Assembly (NCBI GenBank): GCA_026414995.1
Contig: JAOAHY010000003.1
Coordinates: forward strand, 47,615-111,614
DNA from: Caldisericia bacterium
GTDB taxonomy: Bacteria; Caldisericota; Caldisericia; B22-G15
Reading direction: 5' to 3'
DNA: 64,000 nt
Shown here: in pieces, positions 1 to 9,121 of the stretch
Position numbering within the stretch: position 1 is the first letter of the stretch
Layout of the letters: every line of letters starts with the position of its first letter
The notes under the pieces: model-generated
What the model was told of the DNA's origin: nothing
Seen by the model: only the letters and a program-made list of their open reading frames with translations
Database searches by the model: none
Translations under genes and position numbers: made by a program

Positions 1-3000
1 AGTGGAGATAAACTTAAAGTAACAATAACTACAAGTATTGGAACTTCAAAAGAGTTATACTTTACACCACCAACAGCAAGTGTTGGATCATGGCAAAATA
101 TTTATGTTTCAATCCCTATAACAGAACTTGGTATTACTACAATTGGTACAACCATAACAGTTACTTTAAGAGCAGATGTTATACCATCTTATCCGTCAAG
201 TAAGTGGTGTACATTTGATTTATACTCATTTAAATTTACAACAACTCCTTTACTTACAATATCAGGAGATGTTTTTATAATTGGTTCAAATATAACTGGA
301 ACATTAACAACCCTTTCTGATTTAAATAATGATGGCAAACTTGACCCACTTCAATTCATTCAAATTGTTCTTTCAGGTCCTTACGATAAAAATTTAATGT
401 TGGAGCCTTGGGGTTCAACTTCTGTTGTAAATGTTCAAACAGACCTTAATGGTAATTTCTCACTTGGTACTGGATGGGTAGATTCATTAGGTTATCATGG
501 AGCAAAATATGATGGTATTTATAAAATAGAAGCTTTATATACTGTTCCAACATCAAAATTTATCTATCTTAAATATAAAGATACAATAACAACTGATTTA
601 TCAAAATTAACAGTTGATCTTACAACACCACAAGTAATTGAAGGAACTCTCCAATTACCAAATAGTTTAACACCAGGAAATAATGATGTTTATGTAGAAC
701 TATGGAAAGTTGATCCAACAAAAGGTTATGAAAGAGTAAATATATCAAGTGGACCAATAAATGAAATTGTAAGAACAAATTTACCACCTCAAACATATGC
801 ACCAGTAAAACTTGGACCAAATGGATACTTTAAGATTTATGCAATAATAGATGAGTTAGGAAGTTATGCAATATTTACAAGGGTTGGAAATGTAAAATCT
901 ACCCTTGGAGATTATCTATATGGAAGATATTATGATCAAGTAGGAAATCCTGTTCCTTATAGACCATTTTCAATAGGTGCACCAAATTATAAAGCAACTC
1001 TTCTTGTTGAACCAACTGTTCTTTACGCAAATAAATTAAATTACTTCACAATTTTTGTAACAGATCCTTCTGGAAATCCAGTTGATGAATTGTCTTTAAA
1101 TCTTAAAGATAAATTTACATTTGAACTTCCACCTGGATGGACTCTTCAAAATAAAATGGTTAAACCAATAACAAAAGGTACATATCTTATTTCAGGCACA
1201 CCAGTTGGTACAGGAAGTGGCTCAATGGTTGTAAAAGTGGCTGGTGCAATTCTTCTTTCTCTTCCAATTCAACCACTATCCCTTTATAATCCATATGCTT
1301 ATGTTGACTTAACATCTGTAAGACTTGATAGAGAAATGATACCACCAGTTGTTGGAGAAGATTATGTTCTTGTTTTTGGTTTCCATCAACCACCAACTCC
1401 AGGTTTAGTAGTTTTTGACCCAACAAAAGATTATTTGATTGATAAAGATGATTCAATTTATGTTGAAGAGTTATCAAGAAGTGATACTGAAATAAAACTA
1501 AAATTTATTCCTACAATGTACACTGAACTGCCAATTAACCTAAAGTTTGGTTTAAGAGGAGTTGATAATAGAGGTGATGAAGAGAATGGCAAAGTTTCAG
1601 ATAGTGTAGTTAACTTTAAGTTATTTAGTAAATTCAAAAATATAATGGGATTTAAGATAAAAGTTGAAACAACTCCTCAAGAAATTACTCAAGGAGCAAT
1701 AGGTGCAGTAAGTGTAACAGTTTTAGATATAAATGATGTTCCAAGAAACAATGCATGGGTAGAGATTTGGGGTTATAACAAAGATGGTTCACCTGTTAAT
1801 GATATGTTTAATGTTGGTGGACCAACTCCAAAAATTATAATTGATGCATCTCACCTTGATCCACTTAACCAAAACATTCTAAATGGAGTTTATACTCAAT
1901 TAAACATTGGATTTAACCATGCATCTGATCCTGAGAAAACAAAAGTTCCATTTGAAGTTAGAAGATACACTCTTGTAAAGGTTTATACAGGTGATCCAAG
2001 TATACCAACATCAAAAATTATGGGTTATATACCTTATGCATTTGTAATTAAACCTAAAAAAATGCTTAATATTTCTCTTCTATCTATAGATGGAATGACA
2101 ACTTACAATAAGATACTCACAGGAAGAAAACATCAATTATTGATAAATGCCCCAGGAGTTCCTTCTGGTTCAGAAATAATAGCAGTTGGTTCTAGAGGTT
2201 CAACTTTTGTAAATAATATGAATGGAACATTTACATTAACATTAGGTGAACCATATCTTGAAGAAGGAAATGCAAGAATAATGGCTATAGGTCCAAATAG
2301 AGATACATATGGAGAGATAGATGTTCCAGTTGTTAAACCAAAATTAGTGATAAATCCATCTGATAATATTCTTTCAGCAGAAATTAATGAAACAATAACT
2401 TTCTCACTTTTTGATCCAATAACAAATGCTCCATTTTATGCAAAAGAGGTTGGAGCAGATGGTAAAGTTGATACTTATGGAGCTCCATTTGGATTTAGAA
2501 CAGTAATTATGAATAGAGTTTCTATTAGTGGAGTTTCATCTGGAACATTGACTGTAAATGGAAGAGATAATAAAAACTCAACTCTTCCTGATTCACCTAA
2601 AGTAATTCTTTATTACACAACAAATGACACTCCAGTTGGAAAATATGTAATTCTTAATGAATTTGACCTTATCTCTGTTAAAGTTACTATTGAAATATCA
2701 ACACCTCAAGGCACTTTAATTGATAAAGCGATTGTAAACAAGACAAATAGAATAAAAATTAAAGTTGTTGATGCCCATAATAATCCTGTTGCAAATGCAG
2801 AAGTTGGAATAACATTTGCATATAATTATGCTCAAACTGTTTATGACTTAAAGGGATATACAGATAATTCAGGAGTTGTATCATTCACTAACTTTATTCC
2901 AAAATACGCTGGTGGTTATGATATTGTTGTGAAGAAACAAGATAAAGAATATGTTTTCTATGACTATTTCTATGCAAAAGAGGTTACAGAAGATGTTACA

Positions 3001-4155
3001 CCTCCAAATATTACAGTTATTGAACCTACAGATGGAAGTACAAGTTCAAAAGTTAAAATTGAGGTTATAGGAAAAGTATCAGACGATTCTTCAGTTACAG
3101 CAGTTTATGTAAATGGAATGAGAGTTGATTTATTACCTGATGGAACATTTATGACCTATATAAATTTAGATGAAGGAACAAACAGAATAAGAATTATTGC
3201 AGTTGATGAGTTTGGAAATATTGGAACAAAAGAAATTTATGTAATTTATAAAGCACCAACCTTAACTCTTGTGATTGATCCAATTCCTTCATTTGTTAAT
3301 AAACCAGTTATTAAAATTAAAGGTTCCACAGATAAAGGGGCAACTGTATATATTAATGATGAAGAGATAGAAGTAGATAGTGAAGGAAAATTTGAGGCGT
3401 CTTACACTTTAATTGAAGGATTGAATACAATTGTTATAAGGGCAGAAAAAGGAACTCTTACAAGAACAAGAAGAGTTTCAGTTACTTTAGACACAACTCC
3501 TCCAAAACTTCAAGTTTCAATACCTGATAATGTGTTAGAAAGAGCGTTTGATGTTAAAGGTACAACAGAAATTGGAGCAACAGTTACAATAAATAATGAG
3601 CCAGTGGTTGTTAATCCTGATGGTTCATTCTCATATACCTTAACAATTCCTGTTGGTGAAAAAGAACTTAATGTTGTTGTTAAAGCAGAAGATAAGGCAG
3701 GAAATACATCAATAGTTTCAAAGACAGTTAAATATAGAAGAGAAATAATAATAGAGATGATTATTGATTCACCAGTAATTAAGGTAACAAAAGATGGTGT
3801 TACAACAACTGTTATTTATGAGATAGCACCATTTACAATGCCTCCTGGAAGAACTATGGTGCCATTGAGATTTATAGCAGAAACATTTGGTGCAAGAGTT
3901 GATTGGGATCCAAAGACAGAAGGAATTCATATTGAACTTAAGAAGAGTGATGGAACTATGGTTATAATTGATATGCAACTTGGAAATAAGATAGCATATG
4001 TAAATGGAAAACCATATGTTCTTGATGTAGCACCATTTACTGTTGAACCTCAAGGAAGAACAGTTGTTCCAATTAGATTTATAGCAGAAGCATTTGGTGC
4101 AAAAGTTGATTGGGATCCAGCACTTCAAAAAGTAACTATAACCTATTATCCATAG
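1..4155 (+). CDS. Large secreted/cell-surface protein, 5'-truncated by the window edge. It has multiple Ig-like (invasin/Big-like) modules and two C-terminal copper-amine-oxidase-N-terminal-like 'stalk' repeats.
   Basis: Frame 1 has no stop from nt 1 to the listed start at 397, so the ORF enters from upstream. It contains repeated beta-rich modules (VVDAHNNPVANAEVGITF; PDGTF..LxEGxNxIxIxAxDxxGN seen three times). The C-terminus carries two copies of APFTxxxGRTxVPxRFIAExFGAxVDWDP. A strong terminator follows. Confidence 0.75.
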   Translation, partial: SGDKLKVTITTSIGTSKELYFTPPTASVGSWQNIYVSIPITELGITTIGTTITVTLRADVIPSYPSSKWCTFDLYSFKFTTTPLLTISGDVFIIGSNITGTLTTLSDLNNDGKLDPLQFIQIVLSGPYDKNLMLEPWGSTSVVNVQTDLNGNFSLGTGWVDSLGYHGAKYDGIYKIEALYTVPTSKFIYLKYKDTITTDLSKLTVDLTTPQVIEGTLQLPNSLTPGNNDVYVELWKVDPTKGYERVNISSGPINEIVRTNLPPQTYAPVKLGPNGYFKIYAIIDELGSYAIFTRVGNVKSTLGDYLYGRYYDQVGNPVPYRPFSIGAPNYKATLLVEPTVLYANKLNYFTIFVTDPSGNPVDELSLNLKDKFTFELPPGWTLQNKMVKPITKGTYLISGTPVGTGSGSMVVKVAGAILLSLPIQPLSLYNPYAYVDLTSVRLDREMIPPVVGEDYVLVFGFHQPPTPGLVVFDPTKDYLIDKDDSIYVEELSRSDTEIKLKFIPTMYTELPINLKFGLRGVDNRGDEENGKVSDSVVNFKLFSKFKNIMGFKIKVETTPQEITQGAIGAVSVTVLDINDVPRNNAWVEIWGYNKDGSPVNDMFNVGGPTPKIIIDASHLDPLNQNILNGVYTQLNIGFNHASDPEKTKVPFEVRRYTLVKVYTGDPSIPTSKIMGYIPYAFVIKPKKMLNISLLSIDGMTTYNKILTGRKHQLLINAPGVPSGSEIIAVGSRGSTFVNNMNGTFTLTLGEPYLEEGNARIMAIGPNRDTYGEIDVPVVKPKLVINPSDNILSAEINETITFSLFDPITNAPFYAKEVGADGKVDTYGAPFGFRTVIMNRVSISGVSSGTLTVNGRDNKNSTLPDSPKVILYYTTNDTPVGKYVILNEFDLISVKVTIEISTPQGTLIDKAIVNKTNRIKIKVVDAHNNPVANAEVGITFAYNYAQTVYDLKGYTDNSGVVSFTNFIPKYAGGYDIVVKKQDKEYVFYDYFYAKEVTEDVTPPNITVIEPTDGSTSSKVKIEVIGKVSDDSSVTAVYVNGMRVDLLPDGTFMTYINLDEGTNRIRIIAVDEFGNIGTKEIYVIYKAPTLTLVIDPIPSFVNKPVIKIKGSTDKGATVYINDEEIEVDSEGKFEASYTLIEGLNTIVIRAEKGTLTRTRRVSVTLDTTPPKLQVSIPDNVLERAFDVKGTTEIGATVTINNEPVVVNPDGSFSYTLTIPVGEKELNVVVKAEDKAGNTSIVSKTVKYRREIIIEMIIDSPVIKVTKDGVTTTVIYEIAPFTMPPGRTMVPLRFIAETFGARVDWDPKTEGIHIELKKSDGTMVIIDMQLGNKIAYVNGKPYVLDVAPFTVEPQGRTVVPIRFIAEAFGAKVDWDPALQKVTITYYP
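3868..4119 (+). repeat. Intragenic direct repeat: two 45-nt segments (3868-3912 and 4075-4119), 43/45 identical, in frame and 207 nt apart
   Basis: Read directly: AGATTTATAGCAGAA[A/G]CATTTGGTGCAA[G/A]AGTTGATTGGGATCCA. The segments encode the RFIAExFGAxVDWDP cores of the two C-terminal stalk repeats. Confidence 0.9.
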
Positions 4156-4180
4156 ACTAAGTGAAAGAAAATTGAAAGTT

Positions 4181-4211
4181 AAAAGGGGCTCAGTTAGAGC
4201 CCCTTTTTTTA
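4181..4211. terminator. Rho-independent, probably bidirectional terminator between convergent genes
   Basis: AAAAGGGGCTC-agtta-GAGCCCCTTTT stem-loop followed by a run of 7 T. The A-run on the 5' side gives a U-tract for the opposite strand. Confidence 0.85.
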
Positions 4212-4247
4212 ATGAGTTATTTTGATTTATTAGACAAAAGTAATATA

Positions 4248-4676
4248 TTATGGAAAGTAGACAGGGATATATAGTTCAAATTGATTTTCTTTTAAACCAC
4301 TCGGATTTGCTCTTTCAAAAACGATAAATCCTCTTTTTGTTTTTCCAAAATTTATATTTATATACTTTTCAAAAGATACAAAATTTTCTGTCATCCAGTT
4401 ATCTTTTGTTTCAATATAATCTGTTAATAATACATTTCCATTTTCATCGATTATTTTTATTGGAAAGGTTGCTTCAAAGAAAAAGTAGCCTTTTGCTTTT
4501 CCTTTAATTAAAACTGGATTTTGAATTTTCTCATATGGTTTAGGTTTTTCTACCATTATCAAATTTTCAGCATCTTTAATTTTTTTGAGAGTTAAATATC
4601 TTTGGTAAAAATTTAAGACAAAAATTAAAATAATTATAATAATTAAAATAAGTATTATTTTATTTGTATATTTCAT
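4248..4676 (-). CDS. Membrane-anchored Gmad2-type immunoglobulin-like domain protein
   Basis: N-terminal TM helix. The rest matches the Gmad2 pattern (NPVLIKGKAKGYFFFEATFPIKIIDENGNVL ... NFVSFEKYI ... GFIVFERANPSG). It is paired with a GerMN gene, as is typical. Confidence 0.6.
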   Translation of the reverse strand: MKYTNKIILILIIIIILIFVLNFYQRYLTLKKIKDAENLIMVEKPKPYEKIQNPVLIKGKAKGYFFFEATFPIKIIDENGNVLLTDYIETKDNWMTENFVSFEKYININFGKTKRGFIVFERANPSGLKENQFELYIPVYFP

Positions 4677-4720
4677 TTATTTCTCCTTATAAAAACTTTA
4701 AATTAACAAATAAAATTATT

Positions 4721-5194
4721 TTAAGGTTGAAATAGATCTTCTGGTAAAAATTTAACTACTTTAACTTCATTGAATTGTTTTGCAGTATATTCAATTTGAA
4801 GCCATAAAATTTTTGCCCTACATGCACCACCTGATGATTTAAAGTATGGATCATCAAAAGTTAAAGTAAGGACTCCATTTTTTAATTCGCTTTTAACTAA
4901 TTTAAAACCTTCAAGTGGAAATTCTGTTGTTATTCCTTTTTTCTTTTCTTCATCTGTTAACTTACCTTCAATCAATAGTTTAATTGTTTCTTCAATTATA
5001 TTTTCACTTTTAATTTTTCTTTCAACTGGAACAAGACCTTTTTCGCTACATAAAATATTTCCAGAGGCATCTTTGTCGAGTTCTGGATTATAGTAATAAA
5101 GTTTTACTGTTTTTTCTTTTTGAGCACATGCAGAAAAAGAAAAATTTAAACCTAGTAATAAGATTAAAAGAATTAAAATTTTTAATATCCTCAT
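4721..5194 (-). CDS. GerMN-domain lipoprotein
   Basis: Lipobox signal peptide (LNFSFSAC). GerMN-like pattern: VKLYYYNP ... LVPVERKI ... IEETIKLLIEGKLTDEEKKKGITTEFP ... VLTLTFD. SD AAGGAGGA lies upstream. Confidence 0.6.
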   Translation of the reverse strand: MRILKILILLILLLGLNFSFSACAQKEKTVKLYYYNPELDKDASGNILCSEKGLVPVERKIKSENIIEETIKLLIEGKLTDEEKKKGITTEFPLEGFKLVKSELKNGVLTLTFDDPYFKSSGGACRAKILWLQIEYTAKQFNEVKVVKFLPEDLFQP

Positions 5195-5258
5195 ATATCC
5201 TCCTTTAAGATTAATATATTATATTAAACAATTTAAAATAGAAAAAGTTTCACAAATT

Positions 5259-5930
5259 TTATATTTCACCAATTTCTTCAAAACTTTTAATTTCCTGAAC
5301 TTTACTTTCTCCATTTTCTTGAGTTATATAGAAAATTTTATCTCCTATTTCCATTAAAATTCTATCATGGGTTATCAATATAATTTGCCTATTTAAATAT
5401 TCACTTATTGATTTAATAAAATCACCTATTTTTCTTTTACTTGCTTCATCAAGAAAAGTTAATGGTTCATCTAAAATTAAAGGACCCTCAAATTTAGGAT
5501 TTAAGCTTTTTTCGAGAATGCTTATCCTTAATGCAAGAGAGATTATTTGACTAACAGTTCCACCACTTGTATTTAATGGATCTCCTTCAAATTCAAACTT
5601 TTTAGTGATTTTTTTAATAAGAGGTTTTGCGACTTTTTTATTTCTCTCATCTTCGAGTTCAATTTTAAATATAAGGTCATCAAAAATCTTTTTAAGTGCC
5701 TTATTAACAAGAGATTCTATTCCTTCCATTGTGTTTTTTCTTACTTTTTCATAAGCATTTTTTAGAATTTCTTCACTTTTTTTTAAAATGAATCTTTTTT
5801 TTTCTATTTTTTTAAGCTCATCTTCTTTTTCAGAAATTTCTCTTTTTATCCTTTCTCTTTCACCAATTTTCCTTTCAACAATTTGATAAATTTTAAAAAA
5901 GTTATTCTCTATAATTTCTATTGAGTTCAT
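5259..5930 (-). CDS. rad50: Rad50/SbcC-type ABC ATPase, C-terminal head fragment (coiled coil + signature + Walker B)
   Basis: Signature SGGTVSQIISLALRISIL, Walker B LILDEPLTFLD, H-loop ILITHD. It has its own SD (AAGGAG, 7 nt before the ATG at 5930). It overlaps the preceding ORF by 29 nt in another frame. Confidence 0.75.
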   Translation of the reverse strand: MNSIEIIENNFFKIYQIVERKIGERERIKREISEKEDELKKIEKKRFILKKSEEILKNAYEKVRKNTMEGIESLVNKALKKIFDDLIFKIELEDERNKKVAKPLIKKITKKFEFEGDPLNTSGGTVSQIISLALRISILEKSLNPKFEGPLILDEPLTFLDEASKRKIGDFIKSISEYLNRQIILITHDRILMEIGDKIFYITQENGESKVQEIKSFEEIGEI

Positions 5931-6180
5931 TCTCTATCTCCTTTATTGAATGTTCAATATTTAAGATTTTTTCTTTTATCTCTGTTTCAAGTTTATTTAT
6001 CTCTTCATTTAACTTTTCAACTGTCTCAATTCCATATTTCTCTTTAAGTTCAGTTAATATCTCTTCTTCTCTTTTTTTTAACGCCTCAAGTTTTCCTGTG
6101 AGTTCATCTCTTCTTTTAATAAGTTGCTTTATCTTTTGATGAATAGAATCAATTTTAGAGATAATATCTTCACTACTCAT
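5902..6180 (-). CDS. 92-aa coiled-coil fragment of the split Rad50 (descending coiled-coil arm)
   Basis: Heptad-rich, charged sequence. The ATG at 6180 is preceded by GGAGG (6-nt spacer). It is in the same frame as the upstream ORF, separated only by TAA plus one codon. Confidence 0.5.
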   Translation of the reverse strand: MSSEDIISKIDSIHQKIKQLIKRRDELTGKLEALKKREEEILTELKEKYGIETVEKLNEEINKLETEIKEKILNIEHSIKEIENELNRNYRE

Positions 6181-6183
6181 AAT

Positions 6184-7353
6184 TTACCTCCACATTTTAT
6201 TTAAATTATCTTTTATCTTTTCTTTTATATCTTCATCAATTTCTCTATTACAAACTGGACAAACCTTATTATTGAATATTAAATAAAAATATTCATCTAT
6301 ATTTATATCAATTTTATTTTGGATTTCATCGTATTCAATTTTTAAATTATTAATATCGCCTTTTAGTTTTAAGAAAGAAGTTTTAATATAATTGAGATTA
6401 TTAAGTCTATCAATTTTTAATTTAATTTCAGAAGTTAATTCTTCTCTTAAATTATGTCTTTTTAAAATTTCTAAATCTTTTGAAATTTTTTCTAAATCAC
6501 CTTTTAGATTTTCTAAATCTCTTTTTAAATTTCTTAAACTCATGAACTTTTCTTTTCTATCTATAAGAAAAATAATATCTTTTTCAATCGGTTCAACCTT
6601 TTTTAAAGAATTTAATTCTAATAAATCTATATCTTGAGCTCTTTTAATGTTAATCAATTCAATCTTTGTTTTTTCTAAAAAATTTTTTCTCTCTTCTATT
6701 TTCTTGAGACTAACAATTTCATTTTTTATTTTTATAAGACTCTCTTTCTTCTCGTCTATCCCTTCATAATTTTTGAGTAATACAACTTTTTCATCAATAT
6801 CTTTTTTTATGTCTTTTTCTTTTCTATCTAATCTTTGTAGATCTACAAGAATTGAATTAATTGCTTCATCAAATACTTGTCCTCCTGATATTGTAAGTAA
6901 AGTTGAATGAATTGTTGATGGTGATTCATCAAGAAGATATATATTTTCCATCTGATCTTTAATTTGTGGGTTTAGTTTTTTTCCATTTTCAAGAGGAAGC
7001 GTTTTCATTCCAATTACTTTTTTTATTTCATCTGGTACATCTCTTCCAAAGTTTGAAAACTCTTTCTTGTTACCATTTGGATCAACTAAAACATATTTAT
7101 TTACATTAACACCTCTTTCCCTAATAACTTTATATCCATTATCAAGTGTTATTGAAACAAAAGCACTCTGTTCATTTTGTCTAATAAAACTTGTACCTTG
7201 AGGTTCGTTAAAAAAGACCCATATTAGTGCTCTTATAATAGAGCTTTTACCACTATTTCCTTTACCTAAAAAAACATTGATTTTATCTGATAGTTCAATT
7301 TTTGTATATTTATGTGATTGGAAGTTTTTAATAATTATTTCTTTGATGTACAT
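6184..7353 (-). CDS. rad50: Rad50/SbcC-type ABC ATPase, N-terminal head + ascending coiled coil + zinc hook
   Basis: Walker A GKGNSGKSS near the N-terminus, a long coiled coil, and a CPVC hook motif 22 residues before the stop. Confidence 0.75.
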   Translation of the reverse strand: MYIKEIIIKNFQSHKYTKIELSDKINVFLGKGNSGKSSIIRALIWVFFNEPQGTSFIRQNEQSAFVSITLDNGYKVIRERGVNVNKYVLVDPNGNKKEFSNFGRDVPDEIKKVIGMKTLPLENGKKLNPQIKDQMENIYLLDESPSTIHSTLLTISGGQVFDEAINSILVDLQRLDRKEKDIKKDIDEKVVLLKNYEGIDEKKESLIKIKNEIVSLKKIEERKNFLEKTKIELINIKRAQDIDLLELNSLKKVEPIEKDIIFLIDRKEKFMSLRNLKRDLENLKGDLEKISKDLEILKRHNLREELTSEIKLKIDRLNNLNYIKTSFLKLKGDINNLKIEYDEIQNKIDINIDEYFYLIFNNKVCPVCNREIDEDIKEKIKDNLNKMWR

Positions 7354-9121
7354 TTTTTAATCTCCAAATAGAGGTTATAGGATTTTCGTCTTTCTCAATT
7401 ATACCTTCTAATTCAAGTTCATTTAAAATAATTTTAATCTCATTGATATCTTTAAAAATAACCCCACAACTTTCAAACTCTCTTAGAATTCTTTCAAAAA
7501 ATATTTCTTCAATCACCCCTTCTCTTTTTAGGTAAGATAAAATAAACTCCTTTTTATCTTCTTTTTTCTCCTTGAGTTCTAAAAATGGATTTTTAGACGG
7601 AGGTGGATTTGTAAAAGTTTTTCTTACCCTAATTGGTATAGATCTTTGGAATATAGCAGAAGAAACAAAAGCATCACCTGTCTTTAAATATGGAAGCCTT
7701 CCAATATCAATATTTGTCAAATCAGTTTCTTTTCTAATTGTATCAAGATCAGTTTCTCTGACAGTTCTTAAGATAAATTTTGTTGAAAGTTGAGCCAAAA
7801 TAGTGTCATCAAGAAGTGATGGTCTCTGTGTTGAAAGAATTAAAAATATGCCATATTTTCTTCCTTCTTGAGAAATTATTTTTAAAACTCTTTTTGATGG
7901 AATAAAATAAATTGATTCTTTTGGTGCAAAATTATGTGCTTCATCTAAAATAACAAAAAATGGAGGAAAATAGTCTTTTATTTCTCCTCTCTTTTCTCCA
8001 TCTTTATAATCTTTTCTTTTTTCAACAATTTTCTCTAAGAAGAATGAGGCAAAAGTTTTAAGTGTTTCTAGTGAACCTTGAATTACAGCTATTTTCTCAT
8101 TTTTAATCCAATTTAAAAGTTCTCTATCGCTTTTGCCAAATATATTTAATCTTTCAAGATGACTTAATTTTCTTAATACAGCCCTTGCACTAGTTCTACT
8201 TGTAATGTTTTTATCACTATCATCTTTACTTTTTTGAGCAAGGTTTAATAAATTCTCTCTAAAGTTACTTAAACTTTTTTCACTACCCATCATATAATAT
8301 GCATTATAAATAACATCTTCTTGAGGAATTTCTATTTCGCCAATTGACTTAAAAAGGTTTTCTAACTCTCTTTCTGATATTTCAGAAAAATCAATTCCTG
8401 TATCTTCACCAACTGTAAAAACTTTAATATTTTTAATAATTTCATTTATCCCCTTTTCTTTTTCATTTAAAGTCGAAAAACTCATTTCAAAGTGAGGATC
8501 AAAAATAATTGCAGGATAACCAAATTTTGCTATCTCTTCAATTAAAACTCTTAAAAGAAAAGATTTTCCAGAACCTGAGCCACCAAAAATTCCAATGTGT
8601 GGATATTGAATCATCTCCTCTATTGTAAATACAAATGGTATTTCTCTTTGTTCTCTCTCTTTTCCATCTTCTATTATTTTGTATAAATTTTTCAATTTTG
8701 AAGGTAATTCATCAAAAAACCTATCACTATTTTTTATACCTCCAAGAATTAACCCCTTTTCTTCAACTTTAAAAATGTTTTTTATTTCTGAAAAATTTGC
8801 CCTTCTTGCTTTGCTTCCAACTTTTATTGGAAAAGGTGGTTCATCAAGAAGTTTAAGTTTAGCTATATTTATATCTTCTTTTTCAATATCAAATCCGAGT
8901 ATTTTAAGGTGTTCTATAATTTTTTGGTCTCTTTCATTTTGAATATCTGGTCTTGGAAAAAATTTATTAAAAGTAAAAGATTCAACAATTTCTCCAAGAT
9001 ACTCTTTCTCCTCTATAACAAAAAAATAGTCTCTTAAAGAAAATCTTTCTTCTCTAGAAGCAATATAAACTTCAAATTGATTTGATTCTCCAACAACATA
9101 TATCTCTTTCATCTTAGCCAC
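7328..9121 (-). CDS. herA: HerA-like (DUF87, FtsK/HerA superfamily) hexameric ATPase/helicase
   Basis: Walker A GIFGGSGSGKSF and Walker B FFVILDEAHNFAP. Length 597 aa. It overlaps the NurA-like and Rad50 genes. Confidence 0.7.
   Translation of the reverse strand: MAKMKEIYVVGESNQFEVYIASREERFSLRDYFFVIEEKEYLGEIVESFTFNKFFPRPDIQNERDQKIIEHLKILGFDIEKEDINIAKLKLLDEPPFPIKVGSKARRANFSEIKNIFKVEEKGLILGGIKNSDRFFDELPSKLKNLYKIIEDGKEREQREIPFVFTIEEMIQYPHIGIFGGSGSGKSFLLRVLIEEIAKFGYPAIIFDPHFEMSFSTLNEKEKGINEIIKNIKVFTVGEDTGIDFSEISERELENLFKSIGEIEIPQEDVIYNAYYMMGSEKSLSNFRENLLNLAQKSKDDSDKNITSRTSARAVLRKLSHLERLNIFGKSDRELLNWIKNEKIAVIQGSLETLKTFASFFLEKIVEKRKDYKDGEKRGEIKDYFPPFFVILDEAHNFAPKESIYFIPSKRVLKIISQEGRKYGIFLILSTQRPSLLDDTILAQLSTKFILRTVRETDLDTIRKETDLTNIDIGRLPYLKTGDAFVSSAIFQRSIPIRVRKTFTNPPPSKNPFLELKEKKEDKKEFILSYLKREGVIEEIFFERILREFESCGVIFKDINEIKIILNELELEGIIEKDENPITSIWRLKNVHQRNNY

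Noticed and set aside
3769-4128. 119-aa antisense ORF (and similar ones at 620-820 and 1187-1477) inside the large surface-protein gene
   Set aside because: These are shadow ORFs opposite a well-supported long CDS. Their translations are low-complexity (Cys/Asn/Ile-rich), and they have no SD or motifs.
4181-4211. The AAAGGGGCTC...GAGCCCCTTT hairpins (here and at 45962-45987) as a REP/MITE-like mobile repeat family
   Set aside because: There are only two copies in 64 kb, the loops differ, and there are no flanking target duplications. They are more simply explained as ordinary GC-clamped terminator or attenuator stems. I kept this as a low-interest finding to check genome-wide.
5921-6139. 72-aa plus-strand ORF (and 6392-6637, 7572-7793, 8679-8942) opposite the rad50/herA genes
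   Set aside because: These are Ser/Phe-rich shadow frames of Lys/Glu-rich coiled-coil genes, with no start context.
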